Shown here: one piece after another, positions 55,856 to 64,000 of the stretch
How positions within the stretch are numbered: the stretch's first letter is position 1
Layout: each line of letters begins with the position of its first letter
IMG/VR virus record: IMGVR_UViG_2571042740_000001
Span: 1-64,000 of that record
DNA length: 64,000 nt
Source: a virus
Taxonomy: Duplodnaviria > Caudoviricetes
Reading direction: 5' to 3' (one strand)
Notes under the pieces: model-generated
What the model was told of the DNA's origin: nothing
The model's input: the letters and a program-made list of their open reading frames with translations, nothing else
Database searches by the model: none
Made by a program: the position numbers and the translations under genes

Positions 55856-58291
55856 TCACTCCTCATCGTCCAGAGGTACGAGATCCATTCCCGGTTCTTC
55901 TCCGCTTACCCAGGTGACATCGTTCACAAGTGACAGCGGATTCATATTGCCGGTCGTTGTCTGCTTCCACGGTCTGCGCTTGACAACGAGATATTCCAGA
56001 GAGAGCCGCTTATAGAAATTCTGAGAACTCTCATACTTGCATCCGTTGTCGCTGCACCATGTCTTGTAGTGACTGTATACCGCCGAGGCCTTGATCTCCG
56101 AGCCTTTTTCCTTTTTCAGGCACTGACGCATAAACTGCGCGATGCGGTCGGACTCCACACGATACTCCTCGGTAGCAGCCTTCACTTCCTCCGGCTCGTC
56201 AAGCCCCTCTGCCTTGTACAGGCGATAACCCTCGATACACCAGTTCAGGATGCCGGAGAGGTTCTCCGGCTGCATCAGTGTAGTCTTCAGCGTCTTGTCC
56301 TGTTCGTGGTCCTCGAAATGTCGGGTAAACGGAATGATCTTCAGTCTGCCGGATTCAAACAGTGTGCGTTCAGTGACATTGGGCAGATGGTTGGTGTCGA
56401 TGAAGATCTTCGCCTGCATATGGAATTCAAAATATCCCTCGTACAGAAAACGTGCTGTGATGCTGCCATTACCGGTGAGCTGCTTTGTCAGTGAGGCATT
56501 GATCGTCAGCTTTTGCTCCATTTCGGAAATGCCGACAAATCTTGCGCCGGCGAGACGTGCGACATCATCAGAGGAACCGTTGGACTGCCCGCGGAAATAG
56601 TTTGTGGCAAGCATATCCGGCTTGGCAGAACGGCCGTATTCTCCCATAACACGCAGGATCGTTTCGATGGTCGTGGTCTTGCCGTTTCTGGTCGTAGGGC
56701 CGAACATGATGAACAGACATTCCAGCGATGTATCGCCGGAGAGCGAGTAGCCGATTGCTTTCTGAAGATAGCGTGCAACATTCTTTCTGCCGACCATGAC
56801 CTCATCCACAAACTGGATCCAGCGCGGGCAGACAGCATTCGGGTCGTAATTGATGTGGCTGATCTTCGTAATGAGGTCCTTTGGGTCATGCTCATGAAAT
56901 TCCAGTGTCCGCAGATCGAGGGTGCCGTTCTCAAGGTTCAGTAGATAGACATTCGCATCAAAAGCGGACATCCTGATCGGATACACAGACTTTGCGTCCT
57001 CCACCATCGTCTTGCGGTTCTTTCGCATCTGGAGCTTCTGAACTCGCTTGATATATCTGTTGCGGGTGTCCTCGTCCCTGATCTGCAGTGCAAACGTATA
57101 CAGCAGATCGGCGAGGTGCTTTGCAAGCTCGGCTACGGCGAGAGCATTTTCGTCCGGCTGCCAGACCTTGCCGTCATAGACATACCAGACATTGCGGTCG
57201 CCGTTGAACCGTGCGATGGGTTTGAAATAATCGGCGAAAGCGTTGCCGATGCCGATCTCGTCGCGCTGATAGCGCGGATTCGTATGCGGCTGCATTTCGT
57301 CAAGTTTGAGGGTGATGCGGGAGAGATCGGGACGGAAACCTGCGTGTTCCTCCACTTCTTCTTCGTCCAATGCTTCAAAGTCATCCTCCGCCGATGTGTC
57401 GAAGATCGGTGTATAGATCTCAGATGTCGATGCGATGGCATTACGGATGGTGATCTGACCGTAAGTTCTGTCACCGGTCATACGATCCCACTTGTCACGC
57501 ATCAGACCCGATGAACGGAAGATACGGTCGATCTGCTCCTCCACATTGCCGCACCAGAAGCAGAGCATGGAAACAAACGCCATATCTGCATCAGATTGCG
57601 AATCATAGCCTTCCTCCCAGTGTCCCTCATAAAGCGCTTTGAACTTGTCACCGGAAGCAGAGGCAGATGCGTGCGCGATGACACCCTCGTCATCCAGATA
57701 GGATGCAGGCTCGATGGTCTTATTTGATACACGGGTGCTGCGCTTCATGAAGGTGTCGAGCAGATTGCGGAGCGTATCATCGTCACGCTCGACTGTGCCG
57801 GGGCGGAACATATCACCTGTGACCGTCACAAAGCGGTTGGTCGTTCCGGGCAGATAGACCTCCAGACCGTGCTTACGGTTGTTGATGTAGTACACTGTCT
57901 TATCGTAGGCGAAGTCGGGGCTGAGTTTGAAGAAGCCACGCAGTCCGGTTCCGGAGGGAGAGCGTTCAAAATATGCTGTGCTGAAGATACCGAGAATGGA
58001 TGCTGCCACATCATTCAGGCTTCCGTCCTCACGGATACAGTGGTCAATATCAATGGCACCAATGCCCTCGCTGACACGATAACCGATACCGTCCCAGCCG
58101 CCGATGGCGTATGCCTTCATCGCGGTCTTGAAGTCGGTGAAGGTGTCCGGCTCGTTTGTTTTGGCCATCTGTCTTGTTCTCGGGTCATAAGGCACCTTGG
58201 TCGGTCTGCCGCTGCGTTTTTCCAGTTTCCAGACACAGAAGGATGCCGACTGCTTCAGTGCGTCCGGGATATTTACAAAATTTACAGGCAT
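55856..58291 (-). CDS. Primase-helicase (PrimPol/NrS-1-like plus P4/D5 SF3 helicase)
   Basis: IDIDHC, E.SPSGTG, SQSDAD, MRDKWD, GPTTRNGKTT, TNHLP. Confidence 0.92.
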   Translation of the reverse strand: MPVNFVNIPDALKQSASFCVWKLEKRSGRPTKVPYDPRTRQMAKTNEPDTFTDFKTAMKAYAIGGWDGIGYRVSEGIGAIDIDHCIREDGSLNDVAASILGIFSTAYFERSPSGTGLRGFFKLSPDFAYDKTVYYINNRKHGLEVYLPGTTNRFVTVTGDMFRPGTVERDDDTLRNLLDTFMKRSTRVSNKTIEPASYLDDEGVIAHASASASGDKFKALYEGHWEEGYDSQSDADMAFVSMLCFWCGNVEEQIDRIFRSSGLMRDKWDRMTGDRTYGQITIRNAIASTSEIYTPIFDTSAEDDFEALDEEEVEEHAGFRPDLSRITLKLDEMQPHTNPRYQRDEIGIGNAFADYFKPIARFNGDRNVWYVYDGKVWQPDENALAVAELAKHLADLLYTFALQIRDEDTRNRYIKRVQKLQMRKNRKTMVEDAKSVYPIRMSAFDANVYLLNLENGTLDLRTLEFHEHDPKDLITKISHINYDPNAVCPRWIQFVDEVMVGRKNVARYLQKAIGYSLSGDTSLECLFIMFGPTTRNGKTTTIETILRVMGEYGRSAKPDMLATNYFRGQSNGSSDDVARLAGARFVGISEMEQKLTINASLTKQLTGNGSITARFLYEGYFEFHMQAKIFIDTNHLPNVTERTLFESGRLKIIPFTRHFEDHEQDKTLKTTLMQPENLSGILNWCIEGYRLYKAEGLDEPEEVKAATEEYRVESDRIAQFMRQCLKKEKGSEIKASAVYSHYKTWCSDNGCKYESSQNFYKRLSLEYLVVKRRPWKQTTTGNMNPLSLVNDVTWVSGEEPGMDLVPLDDEE

Positions 58292-58767
58292 TCGGGATGT
58301 CTCCTTTCAAGGAAAAGCTGTGCAATGACAGCGGTTTCAATACGGTTCATCGCATCGGCATCCGAAATATGCCCTGCATAGCTGCGGAGCGCATGCTTGC
58401 TGACAGTCGTTAGCTGCTCCGCAAGGATCATGGACGGATCCAGATGCTGATGAAGATCGGAAATACTGTCGGGGAACAGATGCGTATGGCACGGCAGCTC
58501 CGGCTTTTTCAGATGCCGCGTCATGGGAACGATATTGACCGTGTCGGCGTGTGCGTTGCCCATATCATTCGAGAGAATGATCACAGGACGAATGCCGCCC
58601 TGCACGCTGGAATCCGGATGACTGCCAAGATCCGCAAACCAGATGTCACCGCGCTGCGGTTTGTGTTCAGTTGTGTGATGCTGCACCGGCGCAGTGATAT
58701 ATTTTCTCGGATCGAAGCCGAGCCCTCTGTGGTATTCTGTTTTCAGGCGTTTATTCTTACGCGCCAT
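58282..58767 (-). CDS. PemK/MazF-family endoribonuclease
   Basis: RGDIWFADLG....SVQGGIRPVIILSND.GN, VPMT, LAEQLTTVSK. Confidence 0.85.
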   Translation of the reverse strand: MARKNKRLKTEYHRGLGFDPRKYITAPVQHHTTEHKPQRGDIWFADLGSHPDSSVQGGIRPVIILSNDMGNAHADTVNIVPMTRHLKKPELPCHTHLFPDSISDLHQHLDPSMILAEQLTTVSKHALRSYAGHISDADAMNRIETAVIAQLFLERRHPECL

Positions 58768-58863
58768 AGTTTTCACCTCCGTGGTCTGCGGCGTAACCGA
58801 ATTGTCGCCGCTTTGCCGTCTTTCTGTCGTCAAATAGAGATAGATCATACTGCATGTATAAGG

Positions 58864-60234
58864 TTACAATCTTGCCTTGACTGCTGAAATCAGCTTCTCC
58901 TGCGTCACATCCTTTGAAGCAAGCGCTTTCAGGACATCATCATCTACAGTGTCTTTTGTTACGATGTGGTGGATGGTCACAGTGTTCTGCTGGCCCTGAC
59001 GCCAGAGTCGGGCGTTGGTCTGCTGATACAGTTCCAGACTCCACGTCAGTCCAAACCAGATCAGGATGTGACCGCCGGACTGAATATTAAGTCCGTGTCC
59101 TGCCGATGCAGGGTGTATGAGAGCGACCGGAATGTTTCCTGCATTCCAGTCTGTGATATCGTCGGAATCCTTAATATCCCTCGGAGCATAGCCGCAGGCG
59201 GTCAGATGCTCTATAATTCGGGTGCGGTCATGCTTGAACCAGTAACCGATCAGCACAGGCTGTCCGTTTGCCGCTTCGATCAGGTCTTCCAGCATTTCCA
59301 GCTTTCTGCTATGAATGTTGCGTGCTTCCTTGTTTTCGTCATAGACAGCACCGTTTGCCATCTGAAGCAGCTTATTACTGAGACTCGCAGCGTTGGCGGC
59401 ATCAATATCTCCGTCCTCAAGCGGGATGATAAGGTCATGCTTCAACTGATCGTAGAACTTTCGCTCCACTGTATTCATCTCGACCTCATGATTGACATAC
59501 ACGCATTCAGGCATATCCAGATAGTCCAGTGCTTTCATAGAAATGGTGATGTCGGAGATCTTCTGATATATCTGTTCCTCCGCACCGGGACGGGGTGTAT
59601 ATGAGAACACCACACCTGTGCTCGGATTCATGCTTCCGGGCTTGAAGTAGCTTTCGCGAAATCTGCCTATAAACCGACCGAGCCGTTCGCCGCCGTCAAG
59701 GATACCGATTTCTGCCCACAGATCCATGAGACCGTTGGATGTCGGCGTTCCTGTCAGTCCGACCCATCGTTTCACGAACGGACGTACCTTCCGCAGCCAT
59801 TTGAATCGCTGTGACTGATAGTTCTTGAAGGAACTCAGCTCGTCAATGACGATCATATCAAAATCCCAGCGGAGACCGTTTTTCTCATAATACTCTACAA
59901 GCCATTTCACGTTCTCACGATTCACGATGTAGATGAAAGCATTATGATTGACCGCTGCGGTGCGATCCTTAACGCTGCCGACAATGACAGATATTTCAAG
60001 ATTCTGCAAGTGATCCCACTTCTTTACCTCGGCGGGCCATGTGTCACGGGCGACTCTGAGGGGCGCGATCACAAGCACCTTGTTCACTTTCAGCTCGTCA
60101 AACATCAGAGCGTTGAGGGCTGTGAGCGTGATGATCGTCTTGCCGAGTCCCATGTCCAGAAATAATGCTGAAACAGGATGCTCCCGGATATATTCGATGC
60201 AGTATTTCTGGTAGTCGTGCGGTGTGTATTTCAT
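58864..60234 (-). CDS. SNF2-family helicase
   Basis: LDMGLGKT, DELS, LTGTP, SAGHGLNIQ, QTNARLWRQGQ. Confidence 0.93.
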   Translation of the reverse strand: MKYTPHDYQKYCIEYIREHPVSALFLDMGLGKTIITLTALNALMFDELKVNKVLVIAPLRVARDTWPAEVKKWDHLQNLEISVIVGSVKDRTAAVNHNAFIYIVNRENVKWLVEYYEKNGLRWDFDMIVIDELSSFKNYQSQRFKWLRKVRPFVKRWVGLTGTPTSNGLMDLWAEIGILDGGERLGRFIGRFRESYFKPGSMNPSTGVVFSYTPRPGAEEQIYQKISDITISMKALDYLDMPECVYVNHEVEMNTVERKFYDQLKHDLIIPLEDGDIDAANAASLSNKLLQMANGAVYDENKEARNIHSRKLEMLEDLIEAANGQPVLIGYWFKHDRTRIIEHLTACGYAPRDIKDSDDITDWNAGNIPVALIHPASAGHGLNIQSGGHILIWFGLTWSLELYQQTNARLWRQGQQNTVTIHHIVTKDTVDDDVLKALASKDVTQEKLISAVKARL

Positions 60235-60671
60235 CCGGTATCATCCTCCTCCAAATTATAGAATTCTGCCAGATCATCGGGGTCAATCGGTTCCAGTGTC
60301 TCTCCGAAATCATCCATCTCAGACGGAAGCGTTGTGATCTCCAGATCGGGTATTTTCGCACCAATGCCCTCCGGAAAGGGCTCGCCGGGTGTCCATGCAA
60401 GGATCGCATCAATGCACGGTTTGATCTGATACAGCTTGTCGATGCAGAGAACGGGAAAGCCCAGCTTCATCAGCTGATGCCGTCTTTTTCTCTGCAGCGG
60501 GCGCATCATTTTGCCCGGCGCTTTCAGCTCGACAAACACTGTCTTTGCAGGAAAGAACAGAACGAGTCTGTCCGGCAGCCCGTTCGCTGTCTGCGATGTC
60601 AGCTTATATGCCACACCGCCTGCAGACTTGACTGCCTTGACAAACTCATTCTCAACAACATATTCTCTCAA
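60231..60671 (-). CDS. VRR-NUC nuclease
   Basis: GLPDRLV, FVELKAPG...RPLQ. Confidence 0.88.
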   Translation of the reverse strand: MREYVVENEFVKAVKSAGGVAYKLTSQTANGLPDRLVLFFPAKTVFVELKAPGKMMRPLQRKRRHQLMKLGFPVLCIDKLYQIKPCIDAILAWTPGEPFPEGIGAKIPDLEITTLPSEMDDFGETLEPIDPDDLAEFYNLEEDDTG

Positions 60672-60901
60672 TGTCTGCCGTCCTTCCAGTATTCGCACCA
60701 GCCGGACGGGAACGGCGTATGATGACAGTTTCCATAGAAACGGCAGTTCTCACAGCACTGGTCGTCTACATACAGTTCCTCGTCACTGTGGTCGTAATCG
60801 TCATAGCCGCCGCGGGTATAATTACAGATCTCCGGCACAGGATATCCGCGGCGTTTCCTGCGTGTCTTATATCCTTTTCTGTCTTTCCATGTTCTGCTCA
60901 T
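60668..60901 (-). CDS. Small hypothetical protein
   Basis: Overlaps both neighbours; CCENCRFY motif. Confidence 0.6.
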   Translation of the reverse strand: MSRTWKDRKGYKTRRKRRGYPVPEICNYTRGGYDDYDHSDEELYVDDQCCENCRFYGNCHHTPFPSGWCEYWKDGRH

Positions 60902-61947
60902 GCGTTGATCTCCTTCCACTGTGTTTTCGGCATGGTCGCTACCTGCCAGCCGATGCCTTCCAGCGCAGTGGCTCTGTCGTAGGACTCTACATCCTGCGAA
61001 GCCCGCGTGATGGCATTGCTCAGGCCGTAGAGGGAGAGGTCGCCGCCCTTGATGAGATAATTCAGGATACTATCCTGTTCCGGCTGGTTGAGGTCATAAG
61101 CCTTGCCGGTCAGTTCGATGACATCCTGAACTCTGCCGGTGATCTTCGCACCGTGGCTCTGCTCCAATACACCGACGATCTGAGAAAACCTTGCTTCTTC
61201 GATTGCGGCAAGAGTTGTGTCACGGAGCTTCAGCATAAATGCGTGGTCTTCCGCTTCAAGCGTTTCATCTGTATAGATATTGAAGCTGTCTTCCAGAGCC
61301 TTTGCCGCTCTGCCCACATGGGTACGGCGTTCGCCCATACTGTTGACCACCATACCATTGGTGCAGGCAAGCGTATAAACAAGCGGCTGCACGGAAACTG
61401 CGCCGAGTCCGACTTCGGAATTGGAAATGATAACACCTGCCTGAACTCTGTCTCCGACACAAGCCATTTCAAGGCGATGATTGACGATCTTCAGATACAG
61501 CTTGTTCTCCGTGACTTCGCAGCTCATGACCTCCATGCCGTCCTGTCCTGCGAACAGCGGCAGTACCGCCGATGCAATCTCCAGATTGTCGATGCGGCGG
61601 TAACGGTCGGAAAGGAGCGCACGGGCGACCTGACCACTGCCGTAATCAAGGGTACGCACCATATAGCTGTTGCCATTATCGGAGAACCATGCGTTCACAT
61701 TATCTGCCAGAAGCTCCGGCTTCTGTTTCTGCATCATGTCATAATATCTCGCTGGGATACCGAGTGCCGATGCCACCTGACGATGAAAAAGCTGTGTTGT
61801 GCCAAAGCTGTGATCGTCTCCGATGCGGAAGGTGCTGCCGTCCTCGTCCAGACTGAATGCCTCTGCCGCACCGATATAGTCCTGCTTTGCTGCATTCTGA
61901 CGCTGAAGCTCTGTCAGAACCTCCGGTAATGCTCGTCCCTGTTTCAT
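60898..61947 (-). CDS. DUF932-like protein
   Basis: RALLSDRYRRIDN, ISNSEVGLG, LACTNGM. Confidence 0.8.
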   Translation of the reverse strand: MKQGRALPEVLTELQRQNAAKQDYIGAAEAFSLDEDGSTFRIGDDHSFGTTQLFHRQVASALGIPARYYDMMQKQKPELLADNVNAWFSDNGNSYMVRTLDYGSGQVARALLSDRYRRIDNLEIASAVLPLFAGQDGMEVMSCEVTENKLYLKIVNHRLEMACVGDRVQAGVIISNSEVGLGAVSVQPLVYTLACTNGMVVNSMGERRTHVGRAAKALEDSFNIYTDETLEAEDHAFMLKLRDTTLAAIEEARFSQIVGVLEQSHGAKITGRVQDVIELTGKAYDLNQPEQDSILNYLIKGGDLSLYGLSNAITRASQDVESYDRATALEGIGWQVATMPKTQWKEINA

Positions 61948-61959
61948 AGAAAAATCCTC

Positions 61960-63915
61960 CTAGTCTTTGAAATAATAATTGCCTGTATATCCGGCAGAGG
62001 ACAGCGGAAGGCCGTCCGCCCATGCCGGATTCTGATTCATGATATCGCACACATCATCGACAGTGTATTGTCCTTTCGGCACTTCGAGAATGACCTCATC
62101 GTGTACATGTCCGACAATGCCGAGCCCTACAAGCTCCATCCGGCGCATTGCTTCTGCAAGCAGGTCACGGGCAGTCGCCTGTGTGATGTTCTCTGTCAGC
62201 TTGCCGGAATAGGTTTCACCGCGTCTCCATTTGTTGTTTGCGCCGAGTCCTTCAAAGGTCAGTGCCATGCGTCCGAAACGATTTGGCTGTAATTTCGGTT
62301 TGATGTAGGCAAGCCTGCGACCTGACGGCAGCACGATCCACAATGTATTTGCTGAGAACTGAAAACCGATCCTGCCAACGGTTTTGTCCGTATGGTCATT
62401 TACTGTTTCGATCGCCGCTTTTTCCACGGCATACCAGAATTTCACGATCTCCGGGTTTGCGTCACGCCAGCTTGAAATGATGTCTGGAAGTTCATCCTCT
62501 TTCAGTCCCATATCCAGTGCGCCCATTGAGATCAGCGCACCGCTGCCGCCTCCGTAACCACAGGCAAGCTCTGCAACTTTGCCTTTCTGCCGCAGTTCGC
62601 CGTTGATGCCGTGCTTCACAACCGGAACGCCAAACATTTGCGAGGCAGATGCACAGTAGATATCCTCGCCGCGGACAAAGGCATCCAGCCGCCATTGCTC
62701 TCCGGCAAGCCATGCAAGCACACGAGCCTCGATAGCAGAGAAGTCAGCCACGATAAACTCACAGCCATCTTTCGGAATGAGCATCGTGCGGATAAGCTGT
62801 GACAGGATATCCGGCGTATTGCCGTACAGCGCTTCGATCATATCAAAACAGCCCATTTTGACCAGTTCTCTTGCTTCATCGAGCGTCGAGATGTGGTTCT
62901 GCGGAAGATTCTGCAATTGAATCCCGCGTCCTGCCCAGCGCTGTGTACGGTTCGCGCCGGAGAACTGAAACAGTCCGTGCGCTCTGCCGTCCTGACAGAT
63001 GTATCTCTCTGCCGCCTGATACTTCTTCACAGAGGACTTTGCCATCTGCAATCGCAGCTTCATCATATCCAGAGCTTCACCGTCTGCGCTGTGCTTGTCG
63101 AGGTCTGTGATAAGAGAAGCGACATTCTTTTTGCCGAGGGAATCCACCTCAATGCCGCGCTCCTCAAGCCAGCCCTTCAGCTGAGATACGGAGTTGGGAT
63201 TTTCAAGTCCTGTCAGGGCGTAGGCGCGTTTTGTCATTTCTTCGGACATTGCCATATTGCAGATGATCGCCTGCTGTACCAGTTCCTTATCGATCAGGAT
63301 GCCGCGGTCATTGATGCGCTGATCCATATGGTAGTAGTCCCATTCCTGCGGGAGCAGGGGGAACTTTTCAAGTCTCCGGCGAATATCCCGCTCGGTTTCC
63401 ACGTCCTGTATGCAGTAGCTTTTGAACAGCTTCCAGTCATCGGGAGCATGCTCCGGCAGATTCCTTGTTCTGCCGCCGTTTGCTTTGGTGGGCTTACAGG
63501 GCAGAGAGAAATAACGGATCAGGCGCTCACCGACGGCGTCCTTCTGCTGTGCGGTCTTCAGAGCCTGTGCCGCAGTTGCCAACTTCAGCGGCAGGGACAG
63601 CGATGCCGCCCACACCATCGTGCATTGCCAACTGTCCGGGGAAAGCTGTGTGCCGAGATATTTTGAAAGACAGGTACGCTCAAACTGTGCGTTCCATGCC
63701 GATTTGATAATACTGTCATCCTGCAGTGCATCCATAACATCCGTAGGGAGCTGCTCGCCGCAGGCCATATCCACGCATTGTGTTTCTTCATCGTCAAATG
63801 CATATGCGAACAGCAGGATATGGAAATCACCCTCAACATAGCGGTACACACCGCAGTTCGGGAGGTCAACATTCGAATAGGTCTCTAAGTCGATGGAAAG
63901 TACACGTCTGCTCAA
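61960..63915 (-). CDS. Phage family A DNA polymerase
   Basis: IDLETYS, NAQFER, ADFSAIEARV, RQKGKVAELACGYGG, HVHDE. Confidence 0.95.
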   Translation of the reverse strand: MSRRVLSIDLETYSNVDLPNCGVYRYVEGDFHILLFAYAFDDEETQCVDMACGEQLPTDVMDALQDDSIIKSAWNAQFERTCLSKYLGTQLSPDSWQCTMVWAASLSLPLKLATAAQALKTAQQKDAVGERLIRYFSLPCKPTKANGGRTRNLPEHAPDDWKLFKSYCIQDVETERDIRRRLEKFPLLPQEWDYYHMDQRINDRGILIDKELVQQAIICNMAMSEEMTKRAYALTGLENPNSVSQLKGWLEERGIEVDSLGKKNVASLITDLDKHSADGEALDMMKLRLQMAKSSVKKYQAAERYICQDGRAHGLFQFSGANRTQRWAGRGIQLQNLPQNHISTLDEARELVKMGCFDMIEALYGNTPDILSQLIRTMLIPKDGCEFIVADFSAIEARVLAWLAGEQWRLDAFVRGEDIYCASASQMFGVPVVKHGINGELRQKGKVAELACGYGGGSGALISMGALDMGLKEDELPDIISSWRDANPEIVKFWYAVEKAAIETVNDHTDKTVGRIGFQFSANTLWIVLPSGRRLAYIKPKLQPNRFGRMALTFEGLGANNKWRRGETYSGKLTENITQATARDLLAEAMRRMELVGLGIVGHVHDEVILEVPKGQYTVDDVCDIMNQNPAWADGLPLSSAGYTGNYYFKD

Positions 63916-63965
63916 TAATGATCACCACCTTGTGTATGTAAAAGGGAGGACACGCCTCCCTTGTC

Positions 63966-64000
63966 TCAGTTCAGAAAATCCATATCATCATCGTCAAGCT
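63966..64000 (-). CDS. C-terminal end of a probable ssDNA-binding protein (partial)
   Basis: Reads LDDDDMDFLN-stop, an acidic tail in the usual position upstream of polA. Confidence 0.55.
   Translation of the reverse strand, partial: LDDDDMDFLN

Larger units (their letters stand above)
2690..64000 (-). mobile_element. Integrated siphovirus-like prophage with multi-recombinase left arm (other end outside the window)
   Basis: Complete head, tail, lysis and replication modules, five LSRs, and a broken flanking gene at ~2690. Confidence 0.85.

Noticed and set aside
1-64000. tRNA, rRNA, IS transposase, introns or inteins in nrdD, polA or terL
   Set aside because: No cloverleaf, rRNA or transposase motifs were seen, and those genes are continuous and of normal length. 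A covariance search was not possible.

Overview
The window looks like a Clostridia (Ruminococcus-like) locus. Bases 1-~2690 are AT-richer flanking DNA with a phage-type DnaB helicase, a degenerate DnaC-like loader and the 3' half of a dockerin gene whose reading frame breaks at ~2690. From ~2690 past the right edge lies a large integrated element, almost all on the minus strand. It is an HK97-type siphovirus prophage: PolA, DUF932, VRR-NUC, SNF2, primase-helicase, MetK, HNH, NrdDG, ParB-MTase, terminase, portal, ClpP, capsid, tail, holin and endolysin. Its left arm carries five large serine recombinases (LSRs) and a UDP-sugar moron. Main leads: (1) an AAA-LSR-X-X operon in which one unnamed ~110-aa domain occurs three times, once fused to the LSR; (2) seven small-gene cassettes, each behind a copy of one promoter/dyad repeat, including an Ocr-like acidic protein, an amidoligase/GGCT pair and two related long hairpins; (3) an XRE-HTH fused to UDP-glucose dehydrogenase with two matching operators around its promoter; (4) four tandem LSRs, all with the catalytic Ser. 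Family names come from motifs recognised by eye. No database search was run.
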